Positions 11,746-23,463 of a DNA stretch of 64,000 bases are shown here, piece by piece; the first letter of the stretch is position 1; every line of letters begins with the position of its first letter. The notes beneath the pieces were generated by a model. It was not told where the DNA came from. It saw only the letters and a list, made by a program, of their open reading frames with translations, and did no database searches. A program made the translations under genes and the position numbers. The stretch spans positions 8,618,001 to 8,682,000 of the forward strand of contig NW_025963779.1 of the NCBI RefSeq assembly GCF_023055435.1. The letters are read 5' to 3'. The DNA is from Haliotis rufescens (Eukaryota).

Positions 11746-12086
11746 GTATATAGAATCATACCCTTATATAGTTTCCTGTAGACTATATTCTTTTCTAGGT
11801 AGGTGAGATTAAATATTGTTTTGTTGGTGTTTTGAATTTTGTCTTTACTATTTCAGTTATGCCAAGAAGAAGTTTATCTGTTAGGACTTGTAAAAAAAGT
11901 TTGAGAATAATAATTGATTTTATATAAAGGTAAATATCCTGATGGAAAGAAGTAAGGGAACTAAGAATATTGCTGAATATTATTTACTGTTGTGCTCAAT
12001 AAGGTTTATGTAAACGAAGTATGTCACTAAAGCATATGTTAGCATGTGAGGTGTTCTCTACATTGACTAGTATCTCTTGTTATCTG

Positions 12087-12352
12087 ACCCGTGAAGATTC
12101 CAGGGTAGAATAGGTCGTCAGCAACCCACGCTTGCCGTAAAAGGCGACTATGCTTGTTGTAAGAGGCGACTAAAGGGATCAGGTGGTCAGGCTCGCTGAC
12201 TTGGTTGATGCATGTTATCGATCCCAATTGCGTGGATCGATGCTCATGATATTAAAAACTGGATTGTCTGGTCCAGACTCGATTATTTACAGACCGCCCT
12301 CATATAGCTGGAATATTGCTGAGTGCAGAGTAAAACAACAAACCAAAACCAA
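12087..12352 (+). mobile_element. Family-1 short repeat, near full-length copy
   Basis: Full body ending GAATATTGCTGAGTGC...AAAACAACAAACCAAAACC. The composite insertion is flanked by CTT(G/A)ATTATCCC at about 11553 and 12356. Confidence 0.88.
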
Positions 12353-12859
12353 TACCTTAATTATCCCCACATGAATAGTGCACTGGGCCGTCTCCATCAC
12401 AGTCCAGTTTAACTTCGGAAAAAATATTGTCACTTTATTTGTTTGGACATCATTCAATATTTCGACAAAATGGCATTTGTCTCATCTCAATTATTCAAGA
12501 GATACTTCCTCTATTCTAGTGATTAAGATGTCTTCAAGATGTTTAATGATTGATACATGTAATAGTAATATATTTTTAAAATTTGAAATGTTCAGTATGC
12601 AAAGCACATTTGAACTTTTCTTGTAACTGTCTAATCGAATGGAAATCACATATTTTTCTTCAAGTCTTAGTTTAATAAGACGTGCTTTGCACGGTTTAGC
12701 AGACTGATAATGACACAAACTGTAACTTCATGTTCTAACTATTCTAAAAGACGCCTCAGGGTTCCACGGATTCCAGTCTGGATAATTAGGTCACTTTCAC
12801 AAGGGTAAAGACGAACGTTGGGTCTTCAATGTGGTTAATTAGACTTTTATCTGGAAATA

Positions 12860-13950
12860 CATACGTTAATTGGAGACTTATAAAGACGGTTTAAGAAAGG
12901 AACATTCAACAGTAGACAATATCTATATACTGCAAAGTGTCCTGCTGAAATTCACTACCAAAGGAAAAGGAAAAGTATACTGTGCATTTGGATATTTTAA
13001 AAAGGCATTTCATATGGTTAACCGAAGTTTCTATACTCCATGCTTCAGAATCGAAGTAATGGCAAATATTTCAAGATTATAAAGAATATGTATGATGATG
13101 TCGAATAAACTGTATCCATGGACGATGGAAAGAAACTACCTAAATTTGTGAAGACTACCTATGGTTAACACAAGGCTGTGCACTTTGCCCTTTGTATTAT
13201 TCTCCTTGTTCATTAATGAACTCGCTACCCTTTTTAACATTTCATGTAAGACGGTGTAATAACCTATATCGGAGGAAATGCACAACATGAATTATGTGGG
13301 GTATGGATATCAATATAGAAAAAGGTAAAGCGTTTGTTAGTAAGTTTTAGAAATTGGCAAACAACAACAAACCAAATGCATATAAATATCTGGGTCATGT
13401 CATGCCTCCAAAGTTAGTATGGTCAAAGGCCAGCAAAACATTGTCCTAACAAGCCAATTAAACTCTCTTTCCTATAAAATATCTTATAAGGAAATATGAT
13501 ATATCGATTCCGATTCCCTTTCAGATGTGTGACAAGAAGATTGTACCTATTCTGACATCTGGTTCAGAAATTTGGGGATTTAATGTCAGTTAATACATTG
13601 ACATCGTAAATGTAAATGTATCTTGTGTTTAGGATGTAGAACCCTAAACTGTGTCACATATGGGGAAACTGGTAGATATCCTCTATGTGAGTTAAGCAAT
13701 GATGATGCATTATATTAAAAATGTAAAGTGCCGGAAGATGAAAACCATATTTTGTAACACCATAAGTGATGTGTTACGCCCAAACAGAAAAGACAACATG
13801 TATCACAACATTTGATCTATTTGTTCAATCCCTAATTCAGATTTTCTTATTAAACCATGGGAAGAATTGTAAACTAATTGTACCTCTCACAAGACAACCT
13901 TTGTAATTATGTTTGTACTTTAGGGCTTGGCCAGATCAACGAATAAACTT
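12860..13950 (+). mobile_element. Decayed LINE RT and 3' end (RTE-X-like by motif recall), unit 2
   Basis: LRKEHSTVDNIYILQSVLLKF..KGKVYCAF.YFKKAF, QGCAL, YKYLG, IVPILTSGSEIWG and TYGETGRYPL, ending in AATAAA plus a (TCTG)n tail. Confidence 0.85.
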
Positions 13951-13955
13951 TTTCT

Positions 13956-13956
<1 letters not shown>

Positions 13957-13990
<34 letters not shown>

Positions 13991-13991
13991 G
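13957..13991. repeat. (TCTG)n microsatellite at the LINE 3' end
   Basis: Direct reading. Homologous tracts at about 32289, 32745, 39190, 47450 and 59830. Confidence 0.9.
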
Positions 13992-14221
13992 CTCGTTCAC
14001 TCGGAGGTACATCTCACATGATGTAAGCGTGGTACAGCAATATTTATTCATTACGTTTGTTTTTGAATATCACGAGTTTGAAAATATAATGCATCTGTGC
14101 CACGTTATTGAGTAACATGGAAGGTTTTACAGCTTAAAAGGGAAATATTTGATGCTGATTCCGATCTAGTAACATGCTTCATGTATATGTGTGCACTGGT
14201 GATTAAATGTCTTATTTTGAG

Positions 14222-14292
14222 AGTGTGGGTTCGAATCCTGGATGGGACTCAACCCAAACATGTTCTAGAATTTGTACTTTACTTAGGAAGTT
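14222..14292 (+). mobile_element. tRNA-SINE-like relic (box B plus short body); remnants at about 4950, 33005, 47728, 60110
   Basis: GTGGGTTCGAATCCTGGATGGGACTCAACCCAAA..CTAGAATTTGTACTTTACT; no cloverleaf. Confidence 0.5.
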
Positions 14293-14604
14293 TACATCGT
14301 AATACCAACAATAACATATGTTAAATTTGACTGCTTTCTAAAAAGCATTTTTTATTCATGTGGATCAGACACCACGACTAGCTTGCAGCAGTCGTCTCAA
14401 TATGGTGTTGTTTTATGTCTGTACCTTCTTGGTGAGTTGAGATCATAATTAGGTTTTAATACCTTTGGCCACTTCAGCATATTGCCCGTTGCTACATATT
14501 TCTATACAGTTTGATGTTTTTTGTTGTTGTCGATAATACGCTAAGGCTCCAATAGTCTTGCCTGGAGTGTCTTCAAATGTTGTTCCTGTAACGTCATATA
14601 GGTG

Positions 14605-15062
14605 GACTAGATCTGGAAGGTCTGTGAAGCCCAGAAATTCACGAACTGCTGCAATACTTCTGGTATTATGTTGATGTAACAGCTGACATTTACCCTTCTT
14701 CCTTGTAGGCGGAAGGTCAGTGGTTCGATTCCCAGTCGCGTCTAACCAAAAGACGTTAAAAGCACCTGTTTCCCTGCTTGGCTTGACAAGAACTGGAAGG
14801 TCTATGAAGACCAGAAATTCACGAACTGTTGAAATACTTCTGTGATTATGTTGATGTAACAACTGACGTTTACCCTTCTTCCTTGAAGGCGTGGGGAGCG
14901 GAAGGTCGGTGGTTCGATTCCCAGTCGCGTCTTACCAAAAGACGTTGAAAGATAATACCTGTTTCCCTGCTTGGCTGAACAAGTACTGGAAGGTCTATGA
15001 AGCCCAGAAATTCACGAACTGCTGCAATACTTCTGGTATTATGTTGATGTAACAGCTGACAT
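14605..15062. repeat. Local ~180-190 bp tandem repeat (about 2.5 copies here, about 1.5 copies at 33380-33655)
   Basis: CTGGAAGGTCT.TGAAG.CCAGAAATTCACGAACTG recurs at about 14613, 14793 and 14986. Confidence 0.85.
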
Positions 15063-17117
15063 AGTATGTAGTATACAGATATGCATATAGAAATATCAAT
15101 ATGAGTGTAGGAAACCAACGAAATGAAGGTTTTACAGATATTCCGATAGAAAGAAAAGTGATAAGCCCACACAAGTGTCAGTTTTGTAGGAGATTTCACA
15201 CTAATCTGCCGAACAGGTCAAAGAATTTGCATGGAGTAAAACTTCGTAATAAACATCGTAAACAATAGTGTGCGATTTCACCTCCCCACAACTCGAGTTA
15301 TCCGGCATTTGAGACACACTCGACCACTTACATCCGAATGGTTCAGATTAACTTATTTCATTGAAGAATGATGTCATCATGTTTCACAATGAAAATCAGT
15401 TTCAAGCGAAAAGTATGTACACGTGATTAAAACTTGAGCACTTTAAAATGCATTCACACAGGAAATTGTGAGAACTAATTTCCGTTCTGAATACAATGAA
15501 CCTCTTGAAACTCGTGGATTCAGAATAATAGATGTCTGCGCAAGACCAAAGGCTCCATCAAGTATGGTGGAATTAACGTTCACCATATAAACAAGGCAAT
15601 TGCAGTAGAAATTGTCCTTATTTTCCTTATCAGATAGCTAGGAGATTTTACGTCGGAATGAGAAGATGGTAAAGTATGAGAAAGTTTTCCAGAAGCAAAT
15701 TTAATTTGTTCTCAGAGGCGAAGAATTGTGGAGATAATGTGACATGCATGTGTTCAGTTATCCTTGATGTATTAAGGGAAAATTGTCTAAATGCAGATGA
15801 ACTGTTTCCAGTTAGTTAGTTCATTCTTTGGTGGTTAGGTCTTGAGGCTGAGTGATATTCTGGAAATATATAAAGACCGGGTTCGACTCCCCAAGGGAAA
15901 GACATTGAGTTCCTGTTCAGGGTATGGACAAATAATTGGTAAAAGAGACATACACTTCTACACTGGTTTCCCACAAAAATCTTAGTACAGATACGCTGAC
16001 TTGGTTGATGCCCGTCATCGCATCCGAAATTAATTTTGATATTGCTAAATTCGGCGCTGAAGAGTGCGGCGTTAAACAACAAACAAATAAACACTTTGTG
16101 GAATCATGCACCCACCGTTATGTTGCTGTAATGTTGCTGACCGAGGCATGAATTGTTTTCGCTCACTCACACAGTCTTGCACAAATTATATAGCCTTCAT
16201 ATACAAAAGAAACGCTCTTGCATGTTCGCCATCTCTACGTGTACAGCCCCCACCAAGCTTTCTGTCCTTCCCAAGTAAACAATTGTATGGTTTTACCGTC
16301 ATTTCTCTCAATCATTTTAGTCAACACTAGGGTTTTCGGCAATTGTGACACTTTAATGGGCGGAATAGATCATGAAAAGAGAAAATAACACTTATTTTAT
16401 CAAACTCAATTCCAGTGCATGTTGTTTCCAACCTATGTTGTGTAACGAACAGACTGTCGCTGTGGGGAGCTTGTAGTTTGATATCAAAAGGGTAAGAAGC
16501 ACTTTTCGGAAAATCGAAATTCCACAATAACAAATACAGTTTCCGTTTTGTTTGTCCCTTACTTTGTTCAACCAGTATGTTTATCACAACGTTGCCGCAC
16601 CTTCTCGAAGATATAAAATGTGTTGCACAATTATCTAACGGTTTATTTTGACAGTATACATTCATGTGTTGTTTTACATTTTTCTTCACCTATGTTTTTG
16701 ATGCTGTAAATAGCTTATCTCACAGGAAAATATTCTTGCAAGAATCGCATAGTTCCGTGAGGTATTATTATTTCAAAACTGTCCGACACCTTATAGCCAG
16801 GAACACCTTTTTAAAAACAATTTTGATTTGATCATAAAATCTGGTGTCACATGAAAGATATCTTTATGGGATTTTACTTAACTGGAAAGATGCCTACAGA
16901 TCATCTGAGACGTTCATTCTGATTTCAATTGCGTCATGAAAGTGTTACGATACTTTGACGTAAACTCAAGCCAATCAAATTCGATTGGAAGCATCACATC
17001 CGGGTAACACCGCCAATGTCAATGTACAGATCACTCGCTACCGTGTAGCCTGGAGGTGCCGTCTATTCCTTTCATTGTTGCCATGATGTAGATTTTCCGG
17101 GGCAGAATAGACACCCA

Positions 17118-17335
17118 GTTTTGTTTGTTTGTATTTAATGCCTCACTCAGCAATATTCCAGCTATATAAGAAGGTTTGTAAATAATGGTGTCTGGAACAG
17201 ACACTATAAGGATTGACATCATGAGCATCGATCTTCGCAAATGGGATACGATGATATGCATCAACCAAGTCAGCCCGTCAGACCACCCGTTACCGTTAGT
17301 CGCCTCTTATGACAAGCATGGGTTGCTGAATAGAC
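17118..17335 (-). mobile_element. Family-1 short repeat, minus-strand relic (orthologues at about 1-65, 8200-8265, 26895-26955, 34859-35068, 43113-43310, 55772-55908, 63716-63920)
   Basis: Reverse complement of the 12087 element: TTTGTTTGTTTG..CACTCAGCAATATTCCAGCTATAT..CCGTTAGTCGCCTCTTA.GACAAGCATGGGTTGCTGAA. Confidence 0.82.
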
Positions 17336-20300
17336 CCCTAGTTCTCGATGCCTGTTATTGGAAGCCACTAAATGAGGATTGTATGGTTGCAGTGGGTTGG
17401 CTGATTGATTAGATTCTCCGAAAATGCTCCAAGCTTAATATATAAACTAAACCGAACGCACATTGAAAAAGAACTGTAATATGATCTAAACTATATTTGG
17501 TACGGATATTCCTGCATTCCCCAAACGGAAATCTTGGGGTTTGGAGTTATTGGCCCAGGAAGGTTTCCATATCTCATTATTCCTTGAACGAAAGGATAAT
17601 AAAGGCCTTAGCGAAACGTCTTGAAAGCGTTTTATCTTGGATATGGAATTGGAGGACGGAATTTTTCAGAAGAACAATTGACGTGGAGTTTCATGTGTTT
17701 GTGAAAGGTGCCACTGGTTGGGCAGGATGCGTGCACCTTTTCTCGAACTCCTAATATGATCATTATTTGATAGCGACTCATCAATACCTAGTCATGGTAT
17801 ATTCGGAATCGTACAATGGACTCCGCTTTTAGCAGAAATTTCTAAAAAGAGTTTTGTCCTTTAGTTAACTATATATGTGCCAACCGCTCTATACTACTAA
17901 CAGTACATAGTCCCTCATAACCCAACAATACCTGCATCGTATTATCATAAACGATTTATCGAAGCCTTTCACAGTGTGATTCCAACAAAGCGTGAGTGGG
18001 CTGAAAATGGGATGTTGCATCCCACTGTGTTGAAGGGACACATTTCCTATCTTCTGTCGAATTAACTGTCTGGTTGACATTTGTGTCCTGCTGTTTTTTA
18101 CCATCAACTGACCATGATCTATATCTTTGTTTGTTATAAGTTTGAATTAGAGAATGGGAAGGTTCGCAAGTTTAATCAGAGATCTTATTGCATAGCGTCA
18201 CTTGTTTCAGATTCAGCTAGGGTGCCCTCAGTGTTCGGTAATGCAAGAGATAAGATTGGCAGATTTCCTCCTGTTTCTCAGTGTATTTTTAAGCTGTTCT
18301 TCTTAAAAGGAGATTGATCATTGGCCGAAGGCTGTTTTTGTTCCCCGCAGCACTCCTGATACGACCCCTATGCACGTGAAAACCGTGATACGTGCAGTTC
18401 AATATATCGAATTTCTAATGTCAAAGCAAGCGTTCCAACATACCATATTTCACAGCGGATTAAAAGACATGGTTTTGCAATTAAAGTAAGGCATGTTTAA
18501 ATGTTTGACGTTTAAATTATGTAATGCATAATAAGCATCCGTTTCATGGGCTGACATTTCATCATACATTCCCATCTCCTCAACGATCTCTTCAGGACGT
18601 GGCAATGAATTGTACACACGAGAACTCATTTATTGCACTCGAAGGTTTTTGAAAACGACTTTCAGCGTAATGTCTGTTTTAAAAGCATCGTATTTGTAAT
18701 GTTTCGTGTGTCGACATTCGCAAGATATTACCGTCTGCACGTTTGAACTAAAATAAATAAATAAATAACATTTTAATAAAAGCTGCTCCCGGTATTAATT
18801 TTGTCATTAACGAAATTTTGTAATTTGAGGAACGTATTTAAATCTTCGTTTGCAGCATTCGTGCCTTAGAGGTACAAATAAAGGTCCCTGATGCGTTATC
18901 TTTGTATGATGTCTCATTAACTATTTGAAAAAGTTAAGTGTAACTACATCAGCAAACAGTTGAAAGAAATAATGCAAAACCTTATCTAGTTAAATGAAAC
19001 TAAATCAGAATTCGATTGAAATATTTGCTAAACTCAACTGTCGGTTCTCTTGGCGTTCTTTTGACGTCATGATTGTCACATAATTTGAATGGACTCCGGA
19101 AATACAAGCATATTTTCTTAACAATGGGTCATACGAAACATTGTTTTGCTGTTTACATAACGTGTTTGTAATCACATTGTATTAAATATAAATAAGACGA
19201 AATTTAGGTAATCAGTGATAAAAGATCCTCGTTAGGATATCCACCTTTGTGGAGATATCGAAACCAGTTTGAAGGAATAACTGATTAATAGAAAGAGGTT
19301 ACGACAATGATAAAACCAAAAGAACTCAGAAGTTGGGAAATCAAGAATCGCTTCCTGCTTTCCCGTAATCTTTCCCACAGATGCCCTTTACTTACTAGAT
19401 TATCGGAATCAGTGAAGCAAAAACTAGCCGAGCCTTAGAATGGTCCTTGCCAAACAACACATCGCTCAGATTGAATGCAAGGAAATGATTCTAACTTAAG
19501 GAGGCACCGATTTTTTAAAGTCTTCATGTGAAACGTTTCTTTGAAAGATACGATTATTTATCTTATTCGTAATCAGGGAAGTCGAGGAAAGGGATGAAGT
19601 GGAATCCGGAAAATAATCATTCTGCTTCAACCAAATATCGAACTAGCTTCAGAGACGAAGTGAAATCACATTGGAAGAAAAAGCGAAGTACTCGTTTTTT
19701 TATTTTCGGTCAATTATCTGAGTAGGTGTGTTGATTTTTGTCTCGTCTTCATACCCTGGATTGAGTATCATGAGATTTGTACAGCTTGACCTCAAAACTT
19801 GTGGTTACGTCTTTTTGGAGTATATAACATTTATTTGATTGTACACGAAATCAGCCTTGTTCGTATATATGTCACATGTGTATAGTCACCTCTTACGGCA
19901 AGCATGGTTTGCTGAAGGGCAGTTCTACTACGTCATCATTTTACTCTATGTATATTTATGGCAAATTAAAGTCTGTTTGTCGGAGAAATTTAAAGTTCTG
20001 AATAATCTCTGGTCAGGGTTTAATATATATTTTGATAAATTGTATAATTCTGGCTATATCGGGGTCTTCCTTTGTGGTGTGACTGAGTTAGTGAACGTAA
20101 ACAAAGCTTTGGACTCCTTTTCAGTTTTATCGCGGGTGTCGTTAGTGGGAGGAGTGCTGACAAACCAAGGATCGTAATCTTTCACTAGATTCGAACCTAG
20201 AACTTGGGCGTGAAGAGCGAAGCCACTAGGCTAAACCACCACCACTCTTTGACTAGAATATGCAGCCAAGTGTCGTAACTTTACACAACGACCACACGTT

Positions 20301-21109
20301 GACCACAGGTATCGATATAGCTCATGACACAATAGCCTGGGATGGATACGTGAATCCACGCAACGTACAGTACAAACCTAGGGTCCACTTTCACAAAGCG
20401 TTCGGAACTACAAGGGTCGAAACTTCCATTGTGTAACCGAGACTTATGAGGCCACACAGTTCACGTGGTTTTACCTTGAGATTGGCGTTAGTAACTCATA
20501 GAATCGAACACCAGGAAATATAAAATCAAGTTGAACCAATGTAAATAGAGTGTAAACTAAGCTGTGTGCTTGGAATATGATCAAGTTTCGTTCCCCTCTT
20601 TATTATCACGACATGAAAAGTGCACTGGACCATCTCCGTTACAGTTCAGTTACACTACGGGAAACATATGGTTGCTTTATTTCTGTGGTCAACACTCAAC
20701 ATTTCGAAAGAATGACATTTGTCTTATCTCAATTATTCAAGAGATACTTTCTGTATTCTAGTGATTAAGATGTCTTCAAGACGTTTACTAATTGATACAT
20801 GTGGTGGTTATATATTTTTTTAATTTCAAATTTTCCGTATGTGAAGCACATTTGCAAATTTCTTTACTGTCTAATCGAATGGAAATCACATATTTCTAAA
20901 AGAAAAAACAGTTTTAAGTCTCAGTCTAAAGAGACACGTCCTTTTCACGGTTAGCTGACTGTAAATGACACAAACTGTAACTACAGGTATAGCTAGTTCT
21001 AAAAGACGTTTCAGGGTTCCACGGATTCCAGTCTGTATAATTAGGTCAATATCCCATCGGTGTAGACGAACGCTGGCAAAAGGGTTAATTAGACTTTTAT
21101 CTGGAAATA

Positions 21110-22290
21110 CAGACGTTAATTGGAGACTGATCAAGAAGGCTTTAGAAAGGAACATTCAACAGTAAGAAGTATTTTTATATTAAGTGTCATCCAGAAAGTC
21201 ATCCCAAAAGGAAAAGGAGTATAGTGTGCATTTGTAGATTCTAAAAAGGCGTTTCATATGGTTAACCAAAACAAGCTTCTATACTCCATGCTTCAGAATG
21301 GAATTTAAGGCAAATATTTTAAGATTATAAAGAATATGTATGATTATGTCCAATAAACTGTATCTGTAGACTATGGAAAGTAACAAATTAAACTCTTCAA
21401 GACTGCCTGTAGTGTAACACAAGGCTGTGCACTTAGCCCTTTATATATCCTTCTTGTTCATTAAATTGATGAACTCGCTACCCATTTAATCTGATCATTT
21501 CCACGAGAAGTAATTATATCGGAGGAAATGCATATTCACATGATTTTGCTGCCCTTTGCAGATGATCTGGTTTTAGTGGCTGATATTGTTGTCAAGTTAC
21601 AACGAAGATTAAATAAACTTCAAGACAATTCTATAATGAATATCAATTTAGAAAAAGAGTAAAGTAGTTAAGTAAAGTTTGATAAATGGACGTACACTGA
21701 TAAACCACAACGGCAGTTGTTGATACATATAAATATGTGGGTCTTGTCATGACGCCAAAGTATAGGCTTGCAAAACATTGTGCGAACAAGCTAGTAAAAC
21801 TCTCTTTCCTTTTAGGAGATATGAAATATGTAGTATATATTTTGAAACATTGACATCGTATATAGGTAATATTGTTAATGTATCTTGGGTTTATGATATG
21901 GAACCTGAATTTTTGTCACATATTGGGAAATCACATTGGGTAGATATCCTCTATGTATTATATATTTGGAAACATGTATCATGTACTGGCTTCGTCTGTT
22001 GACGATGTCACATCAGAGGCACCCTTATCAATGCTATAGAATGTTAGTAAGTAACTATAATTGATAAGAAACACCCAAATGGGGCTACCATCGTAAGAAA
22101 GATAGTACCTTTATTTCAACATGGTTTTTGGTATGTGTGGATTTCACTGGAATTGGGCAACTCTGCTAGATTTCTGTATACTGAAATGTATACAGAAATG
22201 TAATGAGAGACTGTGCTACCCAAATACGGTCTGCTATGCTTTACAACAAATCATTAGAAATGAAAAGTGACCAGGTTTGAACAACCAATT
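21110..22290 (+). mobile_element. Decayed LINE RT and C-terminal region, unit 3
   Basis: QEGFRKEHST, CAFVDSKKAF, QGCALSP, LPFADDLVLVAD, YWLRLLTMSHQR.PYQCYRML; multiple stops and frameshifts. Confidence 0.85.
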
Positions 22291-22309
22291 AACTATTTTG
22301 TCTGTTTCT

Positions 22310-22324
22310 CTGTCTGTGTGTGTA

Positions 22325-22355
<31 letters not shown>

Positions 22356-22398
22356 GTGCGTGTGTGTGTGTGTCTGTGTCTGTGTCTGTGTGTCTGTC
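22310..22398. repeat. (GT)n/(GTGTCT)n compound microsatellite
   Basis: Direct reading. Confidence 0.92.
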
Positions 22399-23027
22399 TT
22401 CAAGCATATGTTTGTTCATTGGAAGATACATCTCACATGCTGTAAGCGTTGTAAAACAATATTCATTCATTACGTTGGTATTTCAATATCATGAGTTTGA
22501 AAACCACAATGCATATGCGCCACGATATCAAATACTAATAAAATGCCATGCAACTTGTTTTACAGATAAAAAGGGACATATTTGATTCGAATCCCGTTCG
22601 AATATGTTGCATTTGGCCGCTTTCTAAACGATATTGTGTATTTGTATAATGTTACCTGTCAAGGTAAAACAGTTGAGCTCAGTTGATACAATGTCTGTTT
22701 CATCAACAACAGAGATCAGATACCACGACTAGCTTGCAGCAGCCGTCTCAATATGTTGTTGTTTTATGTCTAGTGGAGTAGAGATCATAATTAGGTTTTA
22801 ATGCCACTTCAGCATATTGTCCGTTGCTACATTTTTCTAAACAGTTTCATTTTTTTGGCTCAAACGATCTTAGCTCCAGGTCGTTCAAAAGTTGTCACTT
22901 GTTCCTATAACGTCATATGACTGGAGTAGAACTGAAAGGTGTGTGAAGCGCAGACGACCGTTGTGCATGTACCCCTGGTATTATTTTGTTATAACAGCTG
23001 ACATTTCCCATTCTTCCTTGTATCAGT

Positions 23028-23315
23028 GACCGCATCAGTGGCCTAGTGGATAGAGCGTCTTCACGGGGAGGGGAAGGTCGTTGGTTGGATCCCAAGTCAC
23101 GTCTTACCAAAAGACGTTAAAAGAGTTTACCTGTTTCCCTGCTTGGCGATTGAGGGGACACAATAAGGACTGGTTGGGGCTCGGAGTCAGTATTCTTTGT
23201 CTGAACGGGGTGTATCTATGTTAAACAGGGGCTTGGTATCTCAGAGGCTAGCTCTGTTAAACCGACATGAGTCCGGACTAGTACAAGCAGACACACAGAC
23301 ACACACGCGCGCACG

Positions 23316-23353
<38 letters not shown>

Positions 23354-23463
23354 AGCACGCACGCACGCACGCAAGCACGCACGCACACACACACATATGC
23401 ATGCACGTCTCTATATAAGCGCAATAATATTGAACGCAACGTTAAACCCCATTTCGCCTCACC
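23028..23463 (+). mobile_element. tRNA-derived SINE with internal microsatellite (orthologues at 39612-39967, 50986-51343, 52745-52963 partial, 60559-60900; head fragments at about 14705, 14888, 33480)
   Basis: Box A TGGCCTAGTGG, degenerate box B, central CCAAAAGACGTTAAAA...GGACTGGTTGG.GCTCGGAGTCAGTAT segment resembling a conserved molluscan SINE domain (recall), and tail GTTAAACCCCATTTC.CCTCACC. Confidence 0.78.
23290..23395. repeat. (CA)n/(CACG)n compound microsatellite inside a SINE
   Basis: Direct reading. (CACG)n homologues of variable length at about 39866-39910, 51248-51289, 52862-52908 and 60821-60844. Confidence 0.92.

Larger units (their letters stand above)
5999..15241. repeat. 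Unit 2 (type B)
   Basis: Anchor to anchor. Shares diagnostic variants and a SINE insertion site with unit 4. Confidence 0.85.

Noticed and set aside
16327-16870. Long minus-strand frame (..KPLDNCATHFISSRRCGNVVINILVEQ..) as an exon
   Set aside because: It is interrupted by stops upstream, frameshifted in B and D units, deleted in unit 5 and has no recognisable domain.
18578-18655. miR-92-like hairpin (TATTGCACT seed on the 3' arm of a GCAATGAATT/ATTTATTGC stem)
   Set aside because: The 3' part does not match miR-92, the stem has large bulges and the seed is mutated in unit 2.
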